A stretch of DNA of 64,000 bases from a virus. Lineage: Duplodnaviria; Caudoviricetes. The translations under genes were made by a program, and so were the position numbers. The DNA lies in IMG/VR virus record IMGVR_UViG_2868946205_000003; one strand, given 5' to 3'. Positions 58,101-64,000 of the stretch are shown here, piece by piece; the stretch's first letter is position 1; each line of letters begins with the position of its first letter. The notes under the pieces are model-generated. The model had not been told where the DNA came from. It was given only the letters and a program-made list of their open reading frames with translations, and did no database searches.

Positions 58101-59500
58101 AGGCGATGCGCACAGATGATACGCTGGTTGATATGATGTTTGCCGGCGCTACGTTTGGTGGTGGCTATTCCAATGTTTACGATCCGGCGGGTACAGCTTC
58201 CAGCATCCGTAAGGTGCTGCGGCGTAAAGGTTATCACGACAGCCAGATCCGAGAATTTGAATCATCGATTGTGCGCAATAGCAAAGAGGTGATGGATAAA
58301 ATCGGAGCTGGGCTGAGCAAATATCAGAAGGTTAGTGAAGGGGCAGAGAATGCGAACCGTATCGCGACTTACGATGCGGCGCTAAAGGCAGGAAAGAGCA
58401 AGGCACAGGCTGCCTTTGAATCTCGCGATCTGATGGATTTCAGTATGCAGGGATCGAGCAGTGTTGTTATCGCGCTATCTGATATGGTTCCCTTCTTCAA
58501 TGCACGCTTGCAGGGTATGAGCAAACTTGGGCGCGCCATTAAAGCCGATCCGCGTGAAGTGTTGAAACGTGGTGGTTACATAGCGGGTTTATCACTGGCG
58601 TTGCTGGCGATGAACTGGGGCGATGAACGCTATGAAGAGCTACCTGATTGGGATAAAGACGCCTACTGGCATGCATGGATTGGCGATCAGCATTTTCGCA
58701 TCCCTAAACCGTTTGAGATCGGTTTGATGTTCGGCACTCTGCCAGAGCGTTTTACTCGAGCGCTCGGCGGTGAGGACACTCCTGGGAAATTTGGGAAAGT
58801 GGTAGCACGTAACTTCTTTGAAACGATGGCATTCAACCCGATACCGCAGGTGACGCGCCCCATTCTGGAAGCGTTCGTGAATTACGACTTCTTCAAAGGT
58901 GGCCCGATTGAGAACATGGCTGATAGCAACGTCATTGCCGGAGCGCGTTATAACGACCAAACCACGCTGTTGATGCGCGAAATAGGCGGTGCGATGAATC
59001 TTTCTCCTAAAATGATGGATCACATCATTACCGGATATACCGGCACGCTAGGTTCATACATTCTCGGCGCGACGAATATTATCATGCGTAACATGGGTGA
59101 TAACGGTGCGTCGCCGTCGATGCGGCTGGATGAAATGCCTGTCATCAAGGCGTTCGCCCGTGGGGCCGATCCGGCGAAATCCACCCAGTTCACTGAGGAC
59201 TTCTACCGCATGATGACGGAAGCCAACCAGATAAACAGCACGATTAATGATTATCGGAAGCAGGGGAAACTGGGTGAGGCTAATGAGTTGCTGCAAGACA
59301 ACCGTGAAAAACTATCGCAGCGCAAGGTATTCACGGCAACACAAAAGCAGGTGAAGCAACTCAACGACCAAATCGAGCTAACCCGGATTGATCGCATCTT
59401 AACGGCAGACCAGAAGCGAGAGCGTATTGATCGCCTGATGGGTAAGCGGAATAAACTGGTTCAGCAGACCGTGAAGCGGATACATCCGTATTTTGACTAA
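52193..59500 (+). CDS. Giant polyvalent virion/ejection protein (two zincin-like domains, MuF-C/PBECR-like domain, LPD38-like C-terminus)
   Basis: 2435 aa; LRHEVLGH and LRHEVIAH; KHDVP..LPELL.DP..NRIASVYGR; YEELPDWDKD.YW..RIPKPFE. Confidence 0.8.
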   Translation: MMVYDPQQQRPEQQLTNSNRQALNIQQPDEQQQSAAAANPYQQFFASGGWNKPVVEPKSTWGDDLKALAAAPFNMVASVGQLFKADKQALEDREVEFRRDAMARGMKLPFSEDEEKFIREWGGNPLDTIGTKVIIGAGDLAESAAKSILDSRTEGAKQAAALDFATLDRDSNGNVTGASVGEGTFNASSWMQNAIPSIATMMTSGLLSKMSAKAATKIAERATFNRLSKTMPEEAARQIAKETADRAAVVAGKTTFVGAMSATAQGQGGIDMREQINNLPFNELMESPTFQSAFSAVDASPSNAHMSDTQKLELARSQVAEQAASAVTADPRLLAVNIAASILGDHILLKLLTQKSASGILSGMATGAVAEGVTEFAQGATQRYAQNEQLIDTAGQKIDPMKDVLEIGLNNAVVGAGMGSSIGAVGGMRGRNNHSTSEPNPNIDTNPATEQQSSTQVDVPEWQSSEQPSSDGSGSSIPVVKMGEDSPPPGYDGEWRDGGPVISVTQGADNSQFNPENVAGTPQSRIDEFRDTPAYLRQDPRVQGFAEDSDVQQALSEQQPAPTAEQLIRQQIEQGDQGYSPQELEALEQAESIIAARRPRLPAPGQTSVIAMPGDVRAPIGDDAQAGIGPQFDAGQQVRGQEFIPAERPPAINEVGRASQTYDSEAVPINAIENKNIIFSGSPTIDEGQTAQSPQFTEGETHSQRQAREFSDAMGVNDQAALPDQSHRVGGVPVDAQTEAYARGEPVGELELFAPGRPYSSERVAKASKWGKMPGAEIESVGEGYGVRLPSKPKGDGQPASQRTDLVASEPEAALGELKLYAPDKPYSSERVAKASRWGKMPGATIEKVDGGYAVRLPAPRQSKPYYSRQVNRNDGLTVPETRRIADDFVREYNGNIPLDIRVYARQEDAYGPQATRENVGRIKGAYHAAGEGRIVLNAASIRDAGDGRRTLRHEVLGHYGLNTFKPADKRLVLDAILKARQDPKFRTLWEQIDKHYSDKSDSVQAEEVFAHAAELERGERGSRTRRRVIPASVLHAFQMALRHSGLVKGPMKISELYDAVDAVADGIRNGRRKQQTFPKTDQDQFRRDNKHKQNASKSGGVSVSGADIGGGNIIYDGSFSRDGSKPESGMSRDRVQLAADGFVSHLNGAAKIKVKAVQTQAEAAAMMPNGISAEFGTVHAIYQPELSRVIVIADNIANARELRAKLRHEVIAHHGLASVIGDVEYDRIMRVLHQTRDSQNKTIQDVWQQVEQSYGQESLETQANEFLAHMAERTELTKLGGVWDRFVTLLTNALRKAGVLNPMDITPAEISNILRTITGRFQKTAMYANEQPGTREFDNTFSRTDALYSKADEDVDPLRPLSQEAEQYRADLDRAMRSLKSGEINIGLGRTPAVLLATGAPDLPMAISRDVVRKASNGIKHDVPMDVISRLPELLHDPEAVFESKTQNNGAAVLLNAKDSSGRQVMAAVHMQVQSGRLIINRIASVYGRDAKQYQGWIEEGLLRYRRVKKKNPDNPHSQGLQLPKEERSYQGSKPESGTTQGLQLPQRGSPDQGSSKNILSSADIRKNKTLYSRSGNPALDAETSRKMGFNVEKGWFDKAKDFYQMAADSDRTELKQWWQETFRKLNTKTFDGLAPLKYAEDAVGKSDAMVSGYTAARMSAGAGSVTSAVLEHGLVRYNKKEGITERIPGTGKADSLMGILDGLGNHRENFLKWIAGHRSERLMSEGKENNFTADEVAYMKSLNHGNEQLFADQKIKYDAFIKSIIDLQQDMGLIDANSRATWEDAWYLPYYREAENGETHGPWTTRGIANQSSTIRKLKGSDLTIKDPIENLFNYVAKSVDASMKNEAMRRSVTNLADTGVIDIIDSPNEMDYQRLKKDTVKVFVDGKEQLARVNDPDLYRAFTMIDLERSNSLFMRAARQAKRVLTIGTTSMPDFIIRNFMRDAVHSWAINKDGFKSAISSWQGLKKAMRTDDTLVDMMFAGATFGGGYSNVYDPAGTASSIRKVLRRKGYHDSQIREFESSIVRNSKEVMDKIGAGLSKYQKVSEGAENANRIATYDAALKAGKSKAQAAFESRDLMDFSMQGSSSVVIALSDMVPFFNARLQGMSKLGRAIKADPREVLKRGGYIAGLSLALLAMNWGDERYEELPDWDKDAYWHAWIGDQHFRIPKPFEIGLMFGTLPERFTRALGGEDTPGKFGKVVARNFFETMAFNPIPQVTRPILEAFVNYDFFKGGPIENMADSNVIAGARYNDQTTLLMREIGGAMNLSPKMMDHIITGYTGTLGSYILGATNIIMRNMGDNGASPSMRLDEMPVIKAFARGADPAKSTQFTEDFYRMMTEANQINSTINDYRKQGKLGEANELLQDNREKLSQRKVFTATQKQVKQLNDQIELTRIDRILTADQKRERIDRLMGKRNKLVQQTVKRIHPYFD
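56720..56859 (-). ncRNA. Putative antisense RNA of two tandem ~66-nt stem-loops inside the giant gene
   Basis: Promoter TTGCGG-17-TATATT (56895-56867); two GAACC..GGGC-AAUUGSA-GCCC..GGGUUU units; U-tract after the last stem. Confidence 0.6.
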
Positions 59501-59505
59501 TCAGA

Positions 59506-59718
59506 TTACCTCAGCCAACTCCTGATGCACATAATGAGTGTCAGGAGTAACAGAAAGCCGGTAATACCGATAATGATGCTGGTCGTGCTATCCAGGTGCA
59601 TGCGAGATTTGCTGGTTATCAGGCACGCGCCAATGATAAATGGCACTGAGAAAGCGGGATACACCAGCACCATAACGGCAGCAAGGATCAGGAAAATAAT
59701 GAAGGCAGTAGATGGCAT
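59506..59718 (-). CDS. Small membrane protein
   Basis: 70 aa, highly hydrophobic, convergent with the giant gene. Confidence 0.5.
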   Translation of the reverse strand: MPSTAFIIFLILAAVMVLVYPAFSVPFIIGACLITSKSRMHLDSTTSIIIGITGFLLLLTLIMCIRSWLR

Positions 59719-59907
59719 GCTATTAGTCCGTTAAATTTGTTAAGAGGTGAAATTGCAGGCAATTTCTGGGGGAAGGTATTCAGTAAAATACAAAGTAGCT
59801 CACTGTTTTCTATCGATATTTATCTTAACGAAAACGATGCTACCCAATGCGCTATTTTGTATTTTTCTTTATATGATTCATTATGTTGTGGTTTATCTTT
59901 CAATCTA

Positions 59908-60072
59908 CTGCTGCGTCACCTGCAATGGTTCGAAGCGGCTGACCTGATTGTTAAGGGCGTTGAAGGCGCGATCAAGAACAAGACCGTGACTTACGATTTC
60001 GAACGTCTGATGGAAGGCGCTAAGCTGCGGAAATGTAGCGAGTTTGCGCAGGACATCATTGATAACATGTAA
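59908..60072 (+). pseudogene. icd: Displaced 3' end of isocitrate dehydrogenase gene (att junction)
   Basis: [36 protein letters not shown] = Icd C-terminus; 165 bp; terminator at ~60100-60126. Confidence 0.92.
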
Positions 60073-60193
60073 TCTGCTGTTCAGTGTAGATTAACAATAG
60101 GGGCCAGATTCGGCCCCTTATTTTTGTGCTAAAAATCTTTCCCCAAAACTCTCCTGTTTTGTATTAATCCCCGTTGACCCTATCCGCCATTTA

Positions 60194-61300
60194 TTAATGG
60201 CTAATGTTCTGTGAATCGGGAATGAGTCGGAAATACATATGCTCGGGAATCGGGCTGTCCCAGCCGCCGGTATACATCGCAAAGCCGATCATGCCGAAAA
60301 GGATACCGAGTACCAGTACGGTCATCGTAATACCGGACAACGCGGTTTGTCGCCATAGCGGTTTGGCTGTGGAACTGTCTTTTTCCTGCGATCCTGATGG
60401 TTTCATCAGTGAGAAGTGGAGCGTCGATGTCACCGGGCAGGATTCGACGCAGGTCATGCAGGCTGTGCATTCTGCGGTTCTTACCTGAATCAGTTTATCC
60501 ACTGGGATGTTAGACGGGCAGGCCTTAGCACACTTGCCACAGTCAATACAGCTAGTGGCATTACGACGAATTTTGAAGGGAGACAGCAGCGAAAATACGC
60601 CTAAAAGTGCGCCGTAGGGACAAAGGTAGCGGCACCAGAAATGGCGAATAAACAGGCTGGCAAACATAAAAAGAAAGACACAGGCCAGCGTAATGGTGCC
60701 GACATTGCGGAAGAAGCCGAGCATTTTAACGTCAGCGATCAAACCGTAGGGTGACATCAGGAACATATAAATGCCCTGTGCTGGCATTGATAACGCAATG
60801 TAGAGAAAAAAACTTAATAATAGATATTTCAGGCTACGCAACGGAATGTCTAGCCACTTCGGAAGAATGAAGTGGCGGCCAAACAGTTTTTTCCCCAGTA
60901 TACCGACCCACTCGGATAACGTACCGATAGGGCACAGCCAAGAACAAAATGATTTCTTCAGTAACAGGCTGGTGAGAATAAAGGCGAGAAGTAACAGCAT
61001 TGATGCAAGGTGGATAGGGGGAAGATTGCCCGTTTCCCATGTGAACTTAACGTTCATTAATCCTGCAATCGGTAGCCAGCCCTCAATACCGCCAGGTCTC
61101 GATATATAAAGACTTGTGCCGCCAGTTTCAAAGTAGCGTACCCAAAAATAAAAAGTGATGCCGATATAGATGTTGATCGCCAGCAGCAGAAATTGTATTG
61201 CTCTGCGCCAGGTCAGGGCGTTGCGCCAGTCGTTCCAAGGGAGTTTGCCGCCAGTTGTTCCGGGGCGACGTTGCCACCGTTTCCTTGCTTTCTCACTCAT
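60194..61300 (-). CDS. yccM: YccM-like membrane 4Fe-4S protein
   Basis: FCSWLCP, WCRYLCP, two CxxCxxCxxxCP motifs. Confidence 0.85.
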   Translation of the reverse strand: MSEKARKRWQRRPGTTGGKLPWNDWRNALTWRRAIQFLLLAINIYIGITFYFWVRYFETGGTSLYISRPGGIEGWLPIAGLMNVKFTWETGNLPPIHLASMLLLLAFILTSLLLKKSFCSWLCPIGTLSEWVGILGKKLFGRHFILPKWLDIPLRSLKYLLLSFFLYIALSMPAQGIYMFLMSPYGLIADVKMLGFFRNVGTITLACVFLFMFASLFIRHFWCRYLCPYGALLGVFSLLSPFKIRRNATSCIDCGKCAKACPSNIPVDKLIQVRTAECTACMTCVESCPVTSTLHFSLMKPSGSQEKDSSTAKPLWRQTALSGITMTVLVLGILFGMIGFAMYTGGWDSPIPEHMYFRLIPDSQNISH

Positions 61301-61770
61301 TGCTCTCAATTGCCCCTATTTATTTTTTCACTCGGTGCTTTCAACACACCGAAGGGATCGTGGGGCAACGTTATCATGCTCTCAGTGGTTAAAAATTGAT
61401 TTGTGCATTGTAAATGCATGTTTCTGGTTTTTTTAGCTGATTGATTTACATAAGGAGATGGGAAGTCGTGTGCTTGTCATAGCCTGATTGAATATCGTAC
61501 TAAAAGAGGGGGGGATTAAGGTTAAAGGTGGTAATAGGATGAGTACAAAATGCACTCATCCTATTAATTACCTTCCGGTATTGTCTTTGAGTATATATTT
61601 AATATTTCAAACAGCGTGTGTTGGCTGGTGTTAGCGCATCGAAATCTCTTGCTGCATTTGCCTCAATTCGGATTGATATAAGTTATATTTTATTAAAATA
61701 AGAAATTATTATTGTTATTAAATTATCTGCTTTTATTATCTCCTGAGTTTTTAATTTATGGCCTTTTGCA

Positions 61771-62121
61771 TTACTCCTGCATTTGTTGTTTTGCCTGCAA
61801 CTCATCTTTTCTCATGGTCCTGACAATTTTATAAATCCATTGCAGCGAGACATTATATTTCTTCGCCAGAGCGCTATGATTGCGGCCATCAAATTCTTCA
61901 TAGATTTGAAGATCGCGTTGAGAGGCACGCCAGGAAATTCCCATCGGGAAATAAACGTTTTGTCCACCCCATACGCTCATCATATGTTTGGCAACGGCAT
62001 TACCGACCAGTTCGGCGGTTTGTAGATCCAACTCTGTGACGTTTTTGACCGTATCGGCAACGTGTTGGGAAAGCTCGACCAGAAGTTCGGGACCTTTACT
62101 GCGAAATTGTGGCTCAGTCAT
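61771..62121 (-). CDS. rdgB: Mor-family activator RdgB (pectin lyase/carotovoricin regulator)
   Basis: Mor motifs; chromosomal, downstream of rdgA-like gene near icd. Confidence 0.8.
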   Translation of the reverse strand: MTEPQFRSKGPELLVELSQHVADTVKNVTELDLQTAELVGNAVAKHMMSVWGGQNVYFPMGISWRASQRDLQIYEEFDGRNHSALAKKYNVSLQWIYKIVRTMRKDELQAKQQMQE

Positions 62122-62612
62122 AAATCACCTTATCCTTAAAGAAAATAATTACTGCTTATGTGAGAGTTCGAGTATTGGTATCTTGAGGGATAACAACCGC
62201 GCTATGTGTTCATTTAAAACTATAGTTGTTGTTGTGTCAACATCTTTAGTTTTAATTTGGGTTGTTTTTGGTTGTAAAGCGAAATGGCGGTCTGCGGGCT
62301 ATACACTAAAAAAGTTCGATGAAGGGGTAAAAAAATCCCGCCATAGGGCGGGAAAGCAACACATAGACAGGAGGAATAACACAACATCAACAAGGGGTGA
62401 TGAAACAATAGCACGATGATTGTATAAAACTGTGACGTGTGGGTAAGGTTATCTGGGTGAGGGTAAACGTTTTTTAGTGGTAAAATTTTTATTGGTAGGG
62501 CTGTTATTGATAAGACGGCTATCAATAAAATGAGGCCGGCATCTGTATCAATCAACCGGCTTTGGGGAGAGGAAAAGAACGCGCTATGGCGTGGGATACC
62601 GCCAGTATCGGG

Positions 62613-63347
62613 TTATAACAGGACCGAATACCAGAATACGCGACCAATGATTTCGACCTCTGATTCGTCGGTCTCTTCATCGGTATCTCGATTAAAACTG
62701 TGAATGACGAGAAGGCCGCCTGGTTTGCGGTAAAGTTGTTTGATTCGCTTGAGCTTATCGTTACCGCCTCCTTCCTGAGCGATGGCGTACAGTTTTCCAT
62801 CAATGATGCGCTTGTTGTTGGTATCAACGGCGACGGTGGTGCCATCCGGGATGATGGGCTCCATGCTGTCACCCGCTGCCGGGAAACAAAGAACACCTGA
62901 ACCATCGGTATTGGCACCGACTTTGCGCAGTGTAGCTTTGGAAAAACGGAGCTTAAAGCCGTTATAATCCTCGCTTTGAATGCGCCCATCGCCGCAGGCA
63001 AACTCAATATCTTTTAAAAAAGGCACTTCAACCTCGTCCTTTGATAGTTCTGTCGTGCTGTCCCAAGCTGATACAGTGCCCCATTCTGATGTTGGTGGAA
63101 TGCTCGATTCCTGAAGTGATCGAACCACCCTGTCGCTACGCATCGGGCCTTCGCCATTTGCCAGCCATTCAGGGCGAATATGGAGGGCATTGGAAAGCTC
63201 AACAATTTTAGTTGTCTGTGACGCTTTTCCCCCCTCTATCTTCTGTATGGCGGCCTGAGAGACGCCAACCATGTCGCCAAGTGCTTTTTGACTAAGCCCT
63301 TGTGAAGTTCTGACTGTTTTTAATCGTTCTGCAAGTGTCGTTTTCAT
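62613..63347 (-). CDS. rdgA: HTH + S24 autopeptidase regulator RdgA
   Basis: N-terminal HTH, ACGDG cleavage region, GDSMEP Ser, IKQL Lys; 244 aa from MKTTL. Confidence 0.82.
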   Translation of the reverse strand: MKTTLAERLKTVRTSQGLSQKALGDMVGVSQAAIQKIEGGKASQTTKIVELSNALHIRPEWLANGEGPMRSDRVVRSLQESSIPPTSEWGTVSAWDSTTELSKDEVEVPFLKDIEFACGDGRIQSEDYNGFKLRFSKATLRKVGANTDGSGVLCFPAAGDSMEPIIPDGTTVAVDTNNKRIIDGKLYAIAQEGGGNDKLKRIKQLYRKPGGLLVIHSFNRDTDEETDESEVEIIGRVFWYSVLL

Positions 63348-63742
63348 TTGGTCAATGTACAACCTTAGTTGTCGTTTATCAAGTGAGTATTAATCTGTTT
63401 TAAAAAAACCAAAGTAATGTCGCGTTGAGGCACGTGTGATGTGATCGCAAATACAACCATGGAACAATTAAAGTTGTTGTTTCACAAAAGGAGTCCACGT
63501 GAATGTGTGGGATAACATCAAAATAAACGCTATCGTCTGATCATCAAAAATCCTAATAAATGTCAGGCGGTCATAGTATTGTCTTATTCTATCCTCTGAT
63601 TTGACTTAAACCTGTGTGTCATTTGATCTAAATCACAATCTGGCCGTAACCATTTTGCTCTTATGGAAATCCCGCTGTGGGAAATATAACCAATGAAATC
63701 GTTTTATTAAGCATGCGCATGACTGCGTGTCGCGGAGGATGT

Positions 63743-64000
63743 ATGTCTGTAATTCGCACGTGTTTAAGTCTGTTTGGTGGTGATACGGTAATTGTCCGGT
63801 GTGCTAATACGTTTGAAGTCAAAATGAGCAATAGTGAGCAGGAAACAATGACGGAAGATAATAACGATATGCAGGGGGCTATTTGCCGTTATGCTGAAGG
63901 TGAAGTGTATTTAACTGTCCCTTACACAGGGGTTTGGGATGTCGTTATTAGAGCAAAGAATGACACCCCTGAGCATTCAATAACCTATTTTCCCGCTTGA
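63743..64000 (+). CDS. DUF1883-like small protein
   Basis: GDTVIV.C..V.M...VPYTG.W.VVI. Confidence 0.65.
   Translation: MSVIRTCLSLFGGDTVIVRCANTFEVKMSNSEQETMTEDNNDMQGAICRYAEGEVYLTVPYTGVWDVVIRAKNDTPEHSITYFPA

Larger units (their letters stand above)
1..59920 (+). mobile_element. Outer temperate prophage (short-tailed, N4-gp56-type capsid, 933W/phi24B-like late gene order) integrated in icd; left part lies outside the window
   Basis: Capsid, adaptor, fibre, ejection and giant-protein genes on + strand; ends at a displaced icd 3' fragment (59908-60072). Confidence 0.85.

Noticed and set aside
835-58113. Numerous alternative-frame and antisense ORFs (e.g. 1117..1854, 3839..4525, 18750..19319, 46811..47371, 52315..52914)
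   Set aside because: Shadows of well-supported genes with no recognisable motifs; only the nested Rz1-like and E'-like frames were kept
59737-60072. 111-aa ORF as a real gene
   Set aside because: Chance open frame of AT-rich att-arm DNA fused to the icd 3' fragment; TTG start
62220-62555. ORF between rdgA and rdgB
   Set aside because: Spans the probable rdgB regulatory region; no recognisable protein features
61771-63347. Repressor + Mor pair as a third prophage
   Set aside because: Lies outside the icd att junction among host genes and fits the chromosomal rdgA/rdgB locus

Overview
The window is almost all nested prophage DNA in a Pectobacterium-like chromosome (host inferred from the icd 3' fragment followed by yccM-like, rdgB and rdgA). 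(1) OUTER prophage (<1-~59910): the late half of a short-tailed temperate phage integrated at the phage-21-type site in icd. It encodes an N4-gp56-type capsid, a tail fibre, probable ejection proteins and a 2435-aa polyvalent protein. It also carries an SOS-controlled pore-forming colicin (E1-like N-terminus, colicin-A-like pore) with its immunity gene. (2) INNER element (2479-38409): an apparently complete 35.9-kb B3/BcepMu-type transposable myophage with TG..CA ends and a 6-bp AAGGAT target duplication, inserted in the outer phage's late operon. It carries a tail-fibre inversion switch, a Dam-type methylase, a RexAB-like pair and four late promoters sharing one architecture. Best novel candidates: (a) a ~140-nt antisense RNA with two repeat units, its own promoter and terminator, hidden inside the giant gene directly after a putative RNase domain; (b) an 18-aa amyloid/RHIM-like motif shared by the inner repressor's C-terminus and the N-terminus of the adjacent membrane-anchored protein; (c) possible cross-talk between the phage Mor activator and host RdgB. 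All family assignments come from motif recognition by eye; no database searches were run.
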